DNA of 64,000 bases from Blastocatellia bacterium (lineage in GTDB: Bacteria; Acidobacteriota; Blastocatellia; RBC074): the NCBI GenBank assembly GCA_046155785.1, contig JBJXFR010000191.1:7925-71924 (forward strand). The letters run 5' to 3'. Positions 49,041 through 60,600 of this stretch are shown here, piece after piece; position 1 is the first letter of the stretch; the number at the start of each line of letters is the position of its first letter. The translations under genes were made by a program, and so were the position numbers. The notes beneath the pieces are model-generated. The model had not been told where the DNA came from and made no database searches. It saw only the letters and a program-made list of their open reading frames with translations.

Positions 49041-49754
49041 ATGTCTGCGTCAGCGCAAAGTCTGAGACCTTCAAGCGTCGGGCTGCTACTTAAGCTTTGG
49101 CAGTCTTCGCTTGGCAAAAAATATGTGATGGCGATTACCGGTTTGATGCTGTTCGGTTTCGTTGTCATTCACATGATTGGCAACCTGCAATTTTTTGGCA
49201 GGCCAACACTGATTAACGAATACGCCGAATCGCTGAAATCAAAACCGCCCATTTTGTGGGGAGCGCGCTCCGTTCTGCTGGTAGCAGTTGCGCTGCACAT
49301 CATGGCGGCGATTCAACTCTATTTGGCCAATCGCCGAGCGCGGCCAGTCGGTTACGCAGGCGGCAAAGTCGTCGCGTCGACGCTGGCCAATCGGACAATC
49401 ATCGCCAGCGGATTGATCGTTTTTGCCTTTATTGTTTTCCATCTGGCGCACTTCACGATTGGTTGGGTGGACACTGACTTGTTGAAGTTGACGGATTCAG
49501 CCCAGCGTCACGACGTTCGAGCTATGATGATTGCCGGATTTCGCAATCCGTTGGTTTCAATCTTTTACGTCGTCTCAGTCGGCTTGCTGTGTTTGCACCT
49601 GAGCCACGGCGTCGCCAGCATCTTTCAATCGCTGGGTTTGCGAAGCAAAAAAACCGAAGCGAATTTGAAAAAGCTGGCTCTGGTTGCGGCAATCATCTTG
49701 TTCTTTGGATTCTGCGCGATTCCCGTCGCAGTTGTGACAAACCTGATCAGATAG
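49041..49754 (+). CDS. sdhC: succinate dehydrogenase cytochrome b558-type subunit (operon 2)
   Basis: GGAGG lies 4 nt before ATG 49041. The protein has 5 helices with conserved His residues ([32 protein letters not shown]). Confidence 0.8.
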   Translation: MSASAQSLRPSSVGLLLKLWQSSLGKKYVMAITGLMLFGFVVIHMIGNLQFFGRPTLINEYAESLKSKPPILWGARSVLLVAVALHIMAAIQLYLANRRARPVGYAGGKVVASTLANRTIIASGLIVFAFIVFHLAHFTIGWVDTDLLKLTDSAQRHDVRAMMIAGFRNPLVSIFYVVSVGLLCLHLSHGVASIFQSLGLRSKKTEANLKKLALVAAIILFFGFCAIPVAVVTNLIR

Positions 49755-49887
49755 GTTGGTTTGTATGATTTGAACCCAGGGGGAACACTAGGATCACGGG
49801 GGAAAATTGGGGATAGTTTTGTTTTCCCAGTGCTCTCCGTGGTTGAATTTTCAGGACGTACCGCTCGCGGTACTGACTCAAAAAGCT

Positions 49888-51810
<1,923 letters not shown>

Positions 51811-51832
51811 GATTCCCATTCAGAAAGCATTG

Positions 51833-51947
51833 AAACAGGATGAACAGGATTTGGTTCAGGATTAACAGAAATATGAAACAACAAAGCTGGCTGATTACCG
51901 TTGCTGAATCCCGTAAATCCTGAAAAGAATCCTGTAAATCCTGTTTT
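51833..51947. repeat. module B (AATCCTG-type) palindromic element inside the sdhA-sdhB spacer
   Basis: AAACAGGATGAACAGGATTTGGTTCAGGATT pairs with AATCCTGAAAAGAATCCTGTAAATCCTGTTT. It belongs to the same family as 30143-30240 and 55990-56076. Confidence 0.8.
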
Positions 51948-52007
51948 GTTTTTTTCCCCTCAATGCTGGTTGTTCTGGTTTAGAGATTTAAGAAGGAGAT
52001 TTGAGCA

Positions 52008-52760
52008 ATGAACCTGACACTTCGTGTCTGGCGACAAAAGAATGCAGCAACCGGCGGGCAGTTCGTCAACTACCCTGCCAAAGACATCAGCCCCGATATG
52101 TCCTTTTTGGAAATGCTGGATGTGGTCAACGAAGGGTTGATCCTAAGCGGCGAAGAACAAATCGCCTTTGACCACGATTGCCGCGAAGGCATCTGCGGAA
52201 GTTGTTCGTTGGTCATCAACGGAACTCCGCACGGGCCAATACCAGCGACTACAACCTGCCAACTGCACATGCGTTCCTTCAAAGATGGCGACACGATCAC
52301 CATCGAACCCTGGCGAGCCGCGCCCTTCCCCATCATTAAAGACCTGGTCGTTGACCGCACGGCGTTTGATCGAATCATTCAATCCGGCGGTTACGTTTCG
52401 GTTTCCACAGGCGGAGCGCCCGACGGCAACGCCATTCCGATTCCCAAAGAAGACGCCGACATAGCCTTTGACGCCGCCGCCTGCATCGGCTGCGGAGCCT
52501 GTGTCGCAGCCTGCAAAAACGCTTCGGCGATGTTGTTCGTTTCGGCGAAGATTTCTCACCTAAGTTTGCTGCCTCAAGGCAAAGTCGAAGAAACGCACCG
52601 CGTGTTGAATCTGATTGAGCAAATGGATGCTGAGGGTTTTGGCAATTGCACCAACATCGGTTCGTGCGAAGCCGCTTGCCCCAAAGAAATCTCGTTGGAC
52701 AACATAGCTCGGATGAATCGGCTGTATGCAAAGGCGTTGTTAAAGAGCAAATTGGCTTGA
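52008..52760 (+). CDS. sdhB: succinate dehydrogenase/fumarate reductase iron-sulfur subunit (operon 2)
   Basis: 250 aa with [21 protein letters not shown] and CEAACP clusters. A GGAG Shine-Dalgarno sequence precedes the ATG. Confidence 0.9.
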   Translation: MNLTLRVWRQKNAATGGQFVNYPAKDISPDMSFLEMLDVVNEGLILSGEEQIAFDHDCREGICGSCSLVINGTPHGPIPATTTCQLHMRSFKDGDTITIEPWRAAPFPIIKDLVVDRTAFDRIIQSGGYVSVSTGGAPDGNAIPIPKEDADIAFDAAACIGCGACVAACKNASAMLFVSAKISHLSLLPQGKVEETHRVLNLIEQMDAEGFGNCTNIGSCEAACPKEISLDNIARMNRLYAKALLKSKLA

Positions 52761-52771
52761 GGCAATTTCAA

Positions 52772-52948
52772 TCAGCAGCCTTTTGTCAGCAAAGCAATAC
52801 CCAACAACCAGGCAATGCCCTTCAGCAGAAAGAAAAAAAAGCCAATCCAGCCCACCCGTTTCAGCCAAGTCGTTTTTGGCTGGCTCAAACCGGCGTTTTT
52901 TTCTGTTGGCTCTGTCGCCTCTGTTGGTGATTGAATCTGGTCTTCCAT
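52772..52948 (-). CDS. possible 58-aa single-pass membrane peptide (not in the ORF track)
   Basis: Hand translation gives MEDQIQSPTEATEPTEKNAGLSQPKTTWLKRVGWIGFFFFLLKGIAWLLGIALLTKGC. It starts 5 nt after the VOC gene stop. No clear Shine-Dalgarno sequence is present. Confidence 0.3.
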   Translation of the reverse strand: MEDQIQSPTEATEPTEKNAGLSQPKTTWLKRVGWIGFFFFLLKGIAWLLGIALLTKGC

Positions 52949-52953
52949 GGCGG

Positions 52954-53736
52954 CTATTTCAGAACTATCGAACCTTTGGGAGTTTTCAGAGTTGCTTTGA
53001 TAACGGGCGAATTGCCTTTGGTGATTTTGGCTTTCAAACCGATGGACTTCATCATCTCAGTCATTGCCGCCACTTCAGGATGCTCGAATTCCAACGCGGT
53101 CAATTTGCATCCCGTCGGAGAATCCAGCGAAGGGTGCGGCGAGTCTTTATCCCAGTTGATAAAGAACGGCACGATGTTGAAGTAAATCACTTCCTTGTCG
53201 GCTTCGCGGGCTACGCTTAGCGAACGCCATTTCAGCAGCTTTCCATCAGGCCGAGCGCGCGAACCATCCATCGGCCCCATCATCAAAAGCTTGGACGTTT
53301 TTGCCTGCTGAGCCAGCGCGTCAATTTCAGAAGTCGCCGAAGCCCACAACAGCATTCGCGGTTCGGCCAGCTTCAACAAATCAACGGCTCGCGGATGATT
53401 TTTCTGATCGGGATCAGGAGCCAGCAGTTCCAGATACTGACGGTTGCCACCAGCGCTGCTAGCGTTGAAAGACACCAGCGCATTTTGAGTTCCTCGGTTT
53501 GGATGCTTGCCGCCAACCACAGGCCGAACGCCAGTCAATTTTTCAAACCAATCTATTCCCTTCTGCAAATCGCTGACGCCCAAAACCAAATGATCTACGG
53601 CGTCTTTGGCATCCCGAAGTTTCATTGTTTCTCCCATTACTGACTTGCCAAACAACGAGGCTATCAGCGCCGCGTTGCCAAGTTGAAGAAAATGTCTGCG
53701 CGATTGGAACGAAACTAATTCGCAATTGGTTTCCAT
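52954..53736 (-). CDS. VOC (glyoxalase-like) family protein with Tat signal
   Basis: AGGAG lies 8 nt before ATG 53736. It has a twin-arginine motif (SRRHFLQLG) and a glyoxalase-like core (DHLVLGVSDL...YLELLAPDP). Confidence 0.75.
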   Translation of the reverse strand: METNCELVSFQSRRHFLQLGNAALIASLFGKSVMGETMKLRDAKDAVDHLVLGVSDLQKGIDWFEKLTGVRPVVGGKHPNRGTQNALVSFNASSAGGNRQYLELLAPDPDQKNHPRAVDLLKLAEPRMLLWASATSEIDALAQQAKTSKLLMMGPMDGSRARPDGKLLKWRSLSVAREADKEVIYFNIVPFFINWDKDSPHPSLDSPTGCKLTALEFEHPEVAAMTEMMKSIGLKAKITKGNSPVIKATLKTPKGSIVLK

Positions 53737-53897
53737 TTCGTATGCTCCTGTTTGGTTTTGTTGAATGGTCAATTAACGACCAGACAATAATTGATCCCAC
53801 ACGAAGTTTCCACTTGCCGACAGCCCGACCAGATGGCAAAGTCGTTGGTGGAATTCCTCCACAAAACTTTCAATTCAATCGAAAAGGAAAATATCAA

Positions 53898-54209
53898 ATG
53901 AGTCAGGAAAAAGTGAGCGTCATCGCCTACATCACCGTCCAACCGGGAACCGAAGCGGCATTTCTGGAACACGCTGCCAGCGTCATTGCGGCGACGCGAA
54001 CTGAAGAAGCTTGCATCAATTACGACCTCCATCAGTTGACCGACGAACCGCATAGATTCGTGTTTTATGAAAACTGGACCAGCCTGGCCGGTTTGGATCA
54101 GCACGCAAAATCCGATCACATCCGGGCGTTTCGCAGCGGCATTGCAGACCTGATTGCCAAACCAACCGAAATTACAATTTGGAAAATGGTCAGCGAACCA
54201 GAGCAATAA
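53898..54209 (+). CDS. antibiotic biosynthesis monooxygenase (ABM/YgiN-like) domain protein
   Basis: 103 aa from ATG 53898, with a ferredoxin-like ABM pattern (VIAYITVQPG...FVFYENWTS...HAKSDH). Confidence 0.8.
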   Translation: MSQEKVSVIAYITVQPGTEAAFLEHAASVIAATRTEEACINYDLHQLTDEPHRFVFYENWTSLAGLDQHAKSDHIRAFRSGIADLIAKPTEITIWKMVSEPEQ

Positions 54210-54227
54210 CTCCGTAATTCCACATCT

Positions 54228-55964
54228 ATGATTCCAACCATCCGCCACAGCAAAGCGCCCGTCAGAAACTTCCGCAAGCCTAGCGGCATGACGCTTTGCG
54301 TGGTGTTGATGGCGCTGCAACTTCAAACAACAGCAAACCAGCGCGTTATTCAAACCGAAACGCTGTTGTCCAACCTTCGCTACGAAATCGAACTGAAACT
54401 GGATTATCGCAACGCAGCTTTTACCGGAATTGAAACTGTTCGCTTTACCAATTCCGGGCGCGAAGATTTAGACCACCTTAGTTTTCACCTTTACCCCAAC
54501 GTCGGGTTGACCGATGAAGACGAAACCTGGTTGAGCATTCGCCGCGTCACAGCCAACGGGCGAGAGTTACGCCCCACCTTGCGAGCGCGCCAAACCATCG
54601 TCCGCGTCGAACTGCCCGCCAAACTCGCCATCGGACAAAGTCTGGAATTGAAGCTGGAATTCACAGGCCGCGTTCCCCAGGTTCAACGCGAAGAAGCCAG
54701 CTTGCTGGCGCACTTTCTGCAAGAGGTCAACGACGCCGTCAACGAAGAACGCCCGACGCGCGACGCTCGTGACATTTTCTTTGCAGGCGAAGAATCCATG
54801 CTGCTCGGATACTTTTACCCGATTCTGGCTACGCGGCCTTCGCAACTTTCCGATCAAAGTCTGGTTGCAGGAGCCAGCGGCATCGCGGTCAGCGAAGCCG
54901 CAACTTACGAAGTCAATATCACTGTCGCCGAAGGCTTAACCGTCATTGGCTCTGCGCCGTTGTTGGAAACGACGCCTGTTTCCGGTGAAAACGACAAACG
55001 TATTTCGTATTTGTTCAAAGGGTCGAATCTGCGCGGATTCGGCTTGGCCATTGCCGAGCGCCTGAAAAGCGCTGAGCAACAAGTTGATTCCACGCGAGTG
55101 GTTTCTTACTTCCGCGAAGGCGACGACCGGTTGGGCAAACGCGCCTTGGAAATCAGCGTTCGCGCGCTGGAAACTTATACTCAAGCATTTGGCGCATATC
55201 CTTACCCGCTGCTGCAAGTGCTTGAAATGCCGCTTCCCGCCGGTCACAGCAGCAGCGAATTGTCGTCGCTGATTATTCTGGCTCAGGCATATTTCATTGA
55301 TTTCGATTCGCCTAAATCATCACGGCTGCCGAGCTTTTTGCGCGAACAGGCTGATGTCATCAAAACGTCGTTTGAATTTTCGCTGGCTCACGGCGTGGCC
55401 AGACAGTGGTGGGGCGTCGCCGTTGGCAGTGATTCCGAGCGATTCCCGTATCTGGACGAAGCCTTGTCCAGTTATTCGGCGGCGTATTATCACGAAGCGA
55501 TTTATGGCAAAGGCTTGGGCGACATCATCCTTAAGCAACAACTGCACGGAACTTATCAAGCTTATCGAATGCTGGGTGGCGCTGACATGGAAGTAGACAA
55601 ACCCGCCAGAGAGTTTCGCAATGGATTGCAATACACGGCAATCGTTCAGGCCAAAGGCGCTATTCTATTTTCCATGCTGCGGCGTGAGCTCGGCGACAAG
55701 AAATTTTTCGACGTGCTGAAAAACTATTTTTCAGCCAACCGCTTCCGCTTTACGACGCCGGATCAATTGCGAGCTTCGTTTGCAACCGCTGCTGAAGATC
55801 AGCGAAACGTCCGCGCGCTTTTCCAGCGTTGGCTGAAGGAAAAACACGGCGACGAAGACATTGGCGCTCCTGACCTGACGCTGGTTTCGCCTTCGGTATC
55901 CAAGATTCGCGCGCTTGGACGAGTGTTTGTGAAGATCGGGAAAACAGCGGCCAAACCATTCTGA
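54228..55964 (+). CDS. M1 aminopeptidase-like protein with degenerate zinc site
   Basis: 578 aa with M1-like layout. At the position of HEXXH(X18)E the sequence reads AHGVARQWWG...LDEALS, so the catalytic Glu and the second His are absent. Confidence 0.65.
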   Translation: MIPTIRHSKAPVRNFRKPSGMTLCVVLMALQLQTTANQRVIQTETLLSNLRYEIELKLDYRNAAFTGIETVRFTNSGREDLDHLSFHLYPNVGLTDEDETWLSIRRVTANGRELRPTLRARQTIVRVELPAKLAIGQSLELKLEFTGRVPQVQREEASLLAHFLQEVNDAVNEERPTRDARDIFFAGEESMLLGYFYPILATRPSQLSDQSLVAGASGIAVSEAATYEVNITVAEGLTVIGSAPLLETTPVSGENDKRISYLFKGSNLRGFGLAIAERLKSAEQQVDSTRVVSYFREGDDRLGKRALEISVRALETYTQAFGAYPYPLLQVLEMPLPAGHSSSELSSLIILAQAYFIDFDSPKSSRLPSFLREQADVIKTSFEFSLAHGVARQWWGVAVGSDSERFPYLDEALSSYSAAYYHEAIYGKGLGDIILKQQLHGTYQAYRMLGGADMEVDKPAREFRNGLQYTAIVQAKGAILFSMLRRELGDKKFFDVLKNYFSANRFRFTTPDQLRASFATAAEDQRNVRALFQRWLKEKHGDEDIGAPDLTLVSPSVSKIRALGRVFVKIGKTAAKPF

Positions 55965-55989
55965 CAACCGATCACCACGAAACCTTTCG

Positions 55990-56120
55990 ACAGGATGTAC
56001 AGGATTTTTTTCAGGATTGACAGAATCAGCAGTTAATCCTGTTAATCCTGAACCAAATCTTGTTAATCCTGTTTTGTTTTCTTCTTTGCGCCTTTGCCTC
56101 CTGGCGTCTTTGCGTTTGAG
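55990..56120. repeat. composite repeat, module B followed by module C
   Basis: ACAGGATGTACAGGATTTTTTTCAGGATTGACA...TTAATCCTGAACCAAATCTTGTTAATCCTGTTTTG is followed by TTCTTTGCGCCTTTGCCTCCTGGCGTCTTTGCG. It lies between convergent genes. Confidence 0.8.
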
Positions 56121-56134
56121 ATGTGGTGACGTGG

Positions 56135-56485
56135 CTAACCCGGAGGCCACGCCATCGGGCGACCACCCATCACGTGCAAGTGGACGTGAAACACCGTTTG
56201 CCCGGCATCGGCTCCGGTGTTGATGGTGGCGCGAAACCCGTTGTCGGCGATTCCTTCCTGACGCGCGATCTTTCCGGCAACGATCAACAAATGCCCCAAC
56301 ACCGCGTGGTCTTCCGAAGCGGCTTCATTCAGCGAAGCAATATGTTTTTTGGGAATCAGCAAGACGTGAACTGGCGCTTGTGGATTGATGTCGCGGAAGG
56401 CAAAGGAATGGTCGTCTTCATAAACTTTGGCTGCCGGAATCTGCCCGGCGATGATTTTGCAAAAGAGACAATTGCTGTCTGACAT
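56135..56485 (-). CDS. HIT family (HinT-like) protein
   Basis: 116 aa with the histidine triad HVHLHVMGG. AGGAG lies 5 nt before the ATG. Confidence 0.92.
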   Translation of the reverse strand: MSDSNCLFCKIIAGQIPAAKVYEDDHSFAFRDINPQAPVHVLLIPKKHIASLNEAASEDHAVLGHLLIVAGKIARQEGIADNGFRATINTGADAGQTVFHVHLHVMGGRPMAWPPG

Positions 56486-56570
56486 GCTTTCTCCTGGTTA
56501 AGTTTTGTGGGATCAAGTGAGCGCGGCCCGATGGCCGACAAGATACTAAGTCACAGTAAGTAGATTGGTA

Positions 56571-56606
56571 CAGTACCCAAGCCGCTTGCTCACGCGCGCG
56601 GTACTG
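56571..56606. repeat. hairpin carrying a half-copy of the 46650-46713 arm
   Basis: CAGTACC-(CAAGCCGCTTGCTCACGCGCGC)-GGTACTG. The loop matches TGACCGCTTGCTTACGCGCGCG. Confidence 0.6.
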
Positions 56607-56624
56607 CACCGAAAGAGGTATTTT

Positions 56625-57452
56625 ATGTCCGGCTTTTTTAAGTTAGCGTTTGCAATCACACTGCTGTTTACCGCTGCCTGCGATGCAAGTCAGGCAAACA
56701 GTTCAGGAATCCAACAACAACCGTCCGTGCCATTCCGAGTGCAGAATTACACTTACGAAGTCATCAACAGTTATCCGCATGACCCTGCCGCCTTCACTCA
56801 GGGGCTGGTCTACCATCAGGGCGTTTTGTACGAAAGCACAGGGCTGAATGGCCAATCGTCGTTACGGCAAGTGGAACTGACAACCGGGCGAGTCCTGAAA
56901 AGGGTAAATGTCGCTTCGATTCATTTTGCCGAAGGTCTGGCGCTGTTCAACGACCGTTTGTACCAACTGACCTGGCAAACACAAACAACGTTTGTTTATG
57001 ACTTGAATTCGTTTGCTCAACTGAAAACGCACAACTACTCCGGCGAAGGCTGGGGAATCACGCACAACGGCCAATCTCTGATTATGAGCAACGGCAGCAA
57101 TCAGATTCGGTTCATTGATCCCGAAACCTTTCAGACTCAGCGAACGATCAACGTCACAGATCAGGATCGCCCGGTAAGCCAACTCAACGAACTGGAATTT
57201 ATCAAAGGTGAAATCTTCGCCAATATCTGGCTGACCGACCGCATCGCGCGCATTGACCCGGCGACGGGCAAAGTCACTGGCTGGATAAATCTGGCGGGCT
57301 TGCTGCCGCCCGAAGATCGAACCCGCCCAGTGGATGTGCTGAACGGAATCGCTTACGACGAAGCCGGCGACAGGCTCTTCATCACCGGAAAACTCTGGCC
57401 GAAACTGTTTCAGATCAAACTGATTTCTCGGCGTGATCCGGTCAGCCGATAA
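56625..57452 (+). CDS. glutaminyl-peptide cyclotransferase (beta-propeller type), probable lipoprotein
   Basis: AGAGG lies 6 nt before ATG 56625. It has a LFTAAC lipobox and YPHDPAAFTQGLVYHQGVLYESTG, typical of this family. Confidence 0.85.
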   Translation: MSGFFKLAFAITLLFTAACDASQANSSGIQQQPSVPFRVQNYTYEVINSYPHDPAAFTQGLVYHQGVLYESTGLNGQSSLRQVELTTGRVLKRVNVASIHFAEGLALFNDRLYQLTWQTQTTFVYDLNSFAQLKTHNYSGEGWGITHNGQSLIMSNGSNQIRFIDPETFQTQRTINVTDQDRPVSQLNELEFIKGEIFANIWLTDRIARIDPATGKVTGWINLAGLLPPEDRTRPVDVLNGIAYDEAGDRLFITGKLWPKLFQIKLISRRDPVSR

Positions 57453-57692
57453 TTTTCAAGCTCTCAATTGACGGTCTTCTGGCGCAACCGTATGATGCCC
57501 GCGCTCACTGGCCTTACCTCATATCTTGCAGCGTCACTCTTGTTCATCACCGCTGCGTAACACGTTCGTTTTCCGATGGTTATGGACGAGGAGGTAAGTA
57601 CGAATCTGGGATTTTTGGGTTACAGGCCGCCGAAAAATTCTCAACCTCAAATGGCCTTGTTTCCTTCCCGCAAATCTGAAAGGAGTCCACAC

Positions 57693-60600
57693 GTGAATAA
57701 AAGAGTTCTGTCCTTAGTAGCTGTGCTGTGTCTGCTGACATTGCCACTATTACTACCAACAACTTCAACTTATGCGAAAAAGCTGCTGACCAGTTTGGTT
57801 CCGGCGAAACTTGCCCCAACTGCCGCAGCTCAAAATTCTCCGTGGCCATCGTTGCCCGATCAGTTGACTCGATACAAAGTCCAGCCGGGCAGCGCGTTGG
57901 AACAATTGATCAAAGACAACCAGCAGTTCGGAATGCTTCGCCCGGATGAAGCCAGCGACCTGCGCGGATTGCCGCCTTGGATCAGAGTTTGGTGGCGCAA
58001 AGCGCATCCGGAACTGGTTTATTCCGCGACTGATCCGACCGGCGGGTATCCGCTGGTACTGAAAGAAGTCGTCGAATGGATGGAGCATCATCAGGATTTA
58101 AAACCTGCTCCGGCTCCACCGTCTGTGCCTCCGCCGCCCAAAGGGCCAAACAGCCCTGACGCAACCATCACAGGCGAACAACGGATTTCCGGCGCGCAAA
58201 CCACGCCGCGCAGCGAATCAGATATTCGCGTCAATTATTTCGATCCGACAAAAATCATAAGCGGGTCAAACGCCATTACCAGCGGTGGGCATCAGGCGAT
58301 GTTTTATTCCACAGACAGCGGAGCTACCTGGGGACAAACTTCGTTGCCCTTCACCGGCAGTGATGGTTTTCATTCCGACCCGACAGTGGATTGGACTTCG
58401 GACGGACGCGGCTGGTCGTCAACCCTCGGAATTCAAGGCAGCACTCTGCGTTTGAGAAATTACTTCACGACAGACAACGGCGCGAACTGGACGTTTGAAG
58501 ACACGCCTTCCGACGCTCAAACCAGTGTAGACAAACAATGGGTTTGGGTAGATCACAATGCGGCTTCACCGTTTTTCAACCAGCAGTACGCCATTTGGCA
58601 CAATGGCACACCCGCATTCGTCAGCTTTCGCACAGCCGGAGCGGGCGGAGTCTGGTCAGCACCGTTGCAAATCACCGGAGCGGAAAGCACCGGAACAGCA
58701 ATCGGTTCCGACATCAAAACCAACAGTGACGGACACGTTTTCGCCTTTTGGCCGACCACAGGCAACCGCCGCATCTTCGTTTCAAAATCAACCAACGGCG
58801 GCACGTCTTACGGAACGCCGGTTCAAATCGCCACGACCTTTGACGGTTTCGACATCGGAGTTCCTTCGTTCAACGGACGTCGCGCGCTGATTTACACGGC
58901 ATCGGCGGCTTACAAAACTCCGTCGAAAAATCTGGTTTACACCACGTGGACGGATTTAAGTGGTGATGCCGGGTGTACCGCCGCGGCAAACGAGCCGGGA
59001 GCGAACGTCGCTTCAACCTGCAAAACGCGCATCTGGTTTTCGCGTTCGACCGACGGCGGAGCCACCTGGTCAACTCCGGTCAAAATCAACAATCAGGCTG
59101 GCTTGAACGATCAATTCAATCAGGCTTTGGTGGTTGACGAAACAACCGGCGCGCTGGCGTTGATGTATTACGACACTGTCGCCGACGCCGGGCGAAAAAA
59201 GGTTCACGTTTACTATCAAGGTTCGTTCGATGACGGCGTGAACTGGTCTGCGCCAATGCAAGTAACCACGGCGCAAACCGATGAAACCGTTGCCGGAGCC
59301 GACAGCGGCAACCAGTTCGGCGATTACAACGCATTGTCAGGTTACGCTGGAATCTTCTTCCCTTCGTGGACTGACCGCCGCAACAACGCCCGTGAAGAAA
59401 TCTGGACAGCCAAGATCAGCGATCAGGCCTGCACCACTCCCGGAGTTCCAACCGGAACCGCTGCTTCGGCAACTGCGGCCAACCAAATCACGGTGACGTG
59501 GTCGGATGGGGCGCCGTCGTCTGCCAAGTACAACGTTTACAGAGCCGTCGGGACTTGCGCTTCGCCGGGCGCGTTTACTCTGGTGGCGTCGAACGTCATG
59601 GCCACGACTTACGTGGACACCATGGTTTCAGGCGGCACGACCTATTCGTACAAAATCACTGGCAAGGATGTGACTGGTAATTGCGAATCGGCTCAATCCA
59701 CTTGCGGTCAGGCAACAGCAACCGGCGTTTGTAACTTGCCGCCGACTTTTGCCGGATTGACCAGCGTCACCAACGCCGCCTTGGCCAATTGCACGCTCAA
59801 TCTGGCTTGGTCAGCAGCGACTGCAAATTGCGCGGGGCCGGTGACTTACACCGTTTACCGCGCAACGACTGCGGGCTTCACTCCCGGAGTCGGAAACCAG
59901 ATTGCCACCGGATTAGCCGGAACCAGTTACACAGACACTGGCGCTTTGATGAACGGCATCAGGTATTACTACGTCGTTCGCTCAACCGACGGGTCGAACT
60001 CTGCAACCGACACCAACACTGTCGAACGCAGCGGGGTGCCGTCTGGCCCGGTGACTTTGAGCACGTTGACCGAAACCTTTGAAGGCGCATTAAGCGGCGG
60101 CGGTTTCGACAACGCAGGCTGGACTCATCAGGCATTGACCGGAGCCGTTGACTGGGTTTGGTCAACCGCGCAATCACAAACTCCAACGCACGGTTGGCAT
60201 TCAGCCAGCCAGATTACTGTGTCGGATCGCGTGTTGGTTTCGCCAGTCTTCGGAGCTAACGCCGGCACGACTTTGAGTTTCTGGCACACTTTCGATTTTG
60301 AAACCAACGCCGGTGGAACGACATTTTTCGATGGCGGAACGTTGGAGTATTCCACCAACGCCGGAGCGAATTGGACTGTCATGCCGGACGCCAACTTCAC
60401 GGCGGGCGGATTCAACGCGACAATCAGCACAGGCTTCAGCAATCCGATTGGAGGTTTGCGCGCCTGGGGCGGAGGAGCCATCGGAGCAATGACTCAGGTG
60501 ACGGTCAATCTTGCTTCGCTGGCCGGAAACAACGTTATGCTGCGTTGGCGCGAAGGCGACGACAGCAGCGCGGCAGACCCAGGCTGGTTTGTTGATTCCG

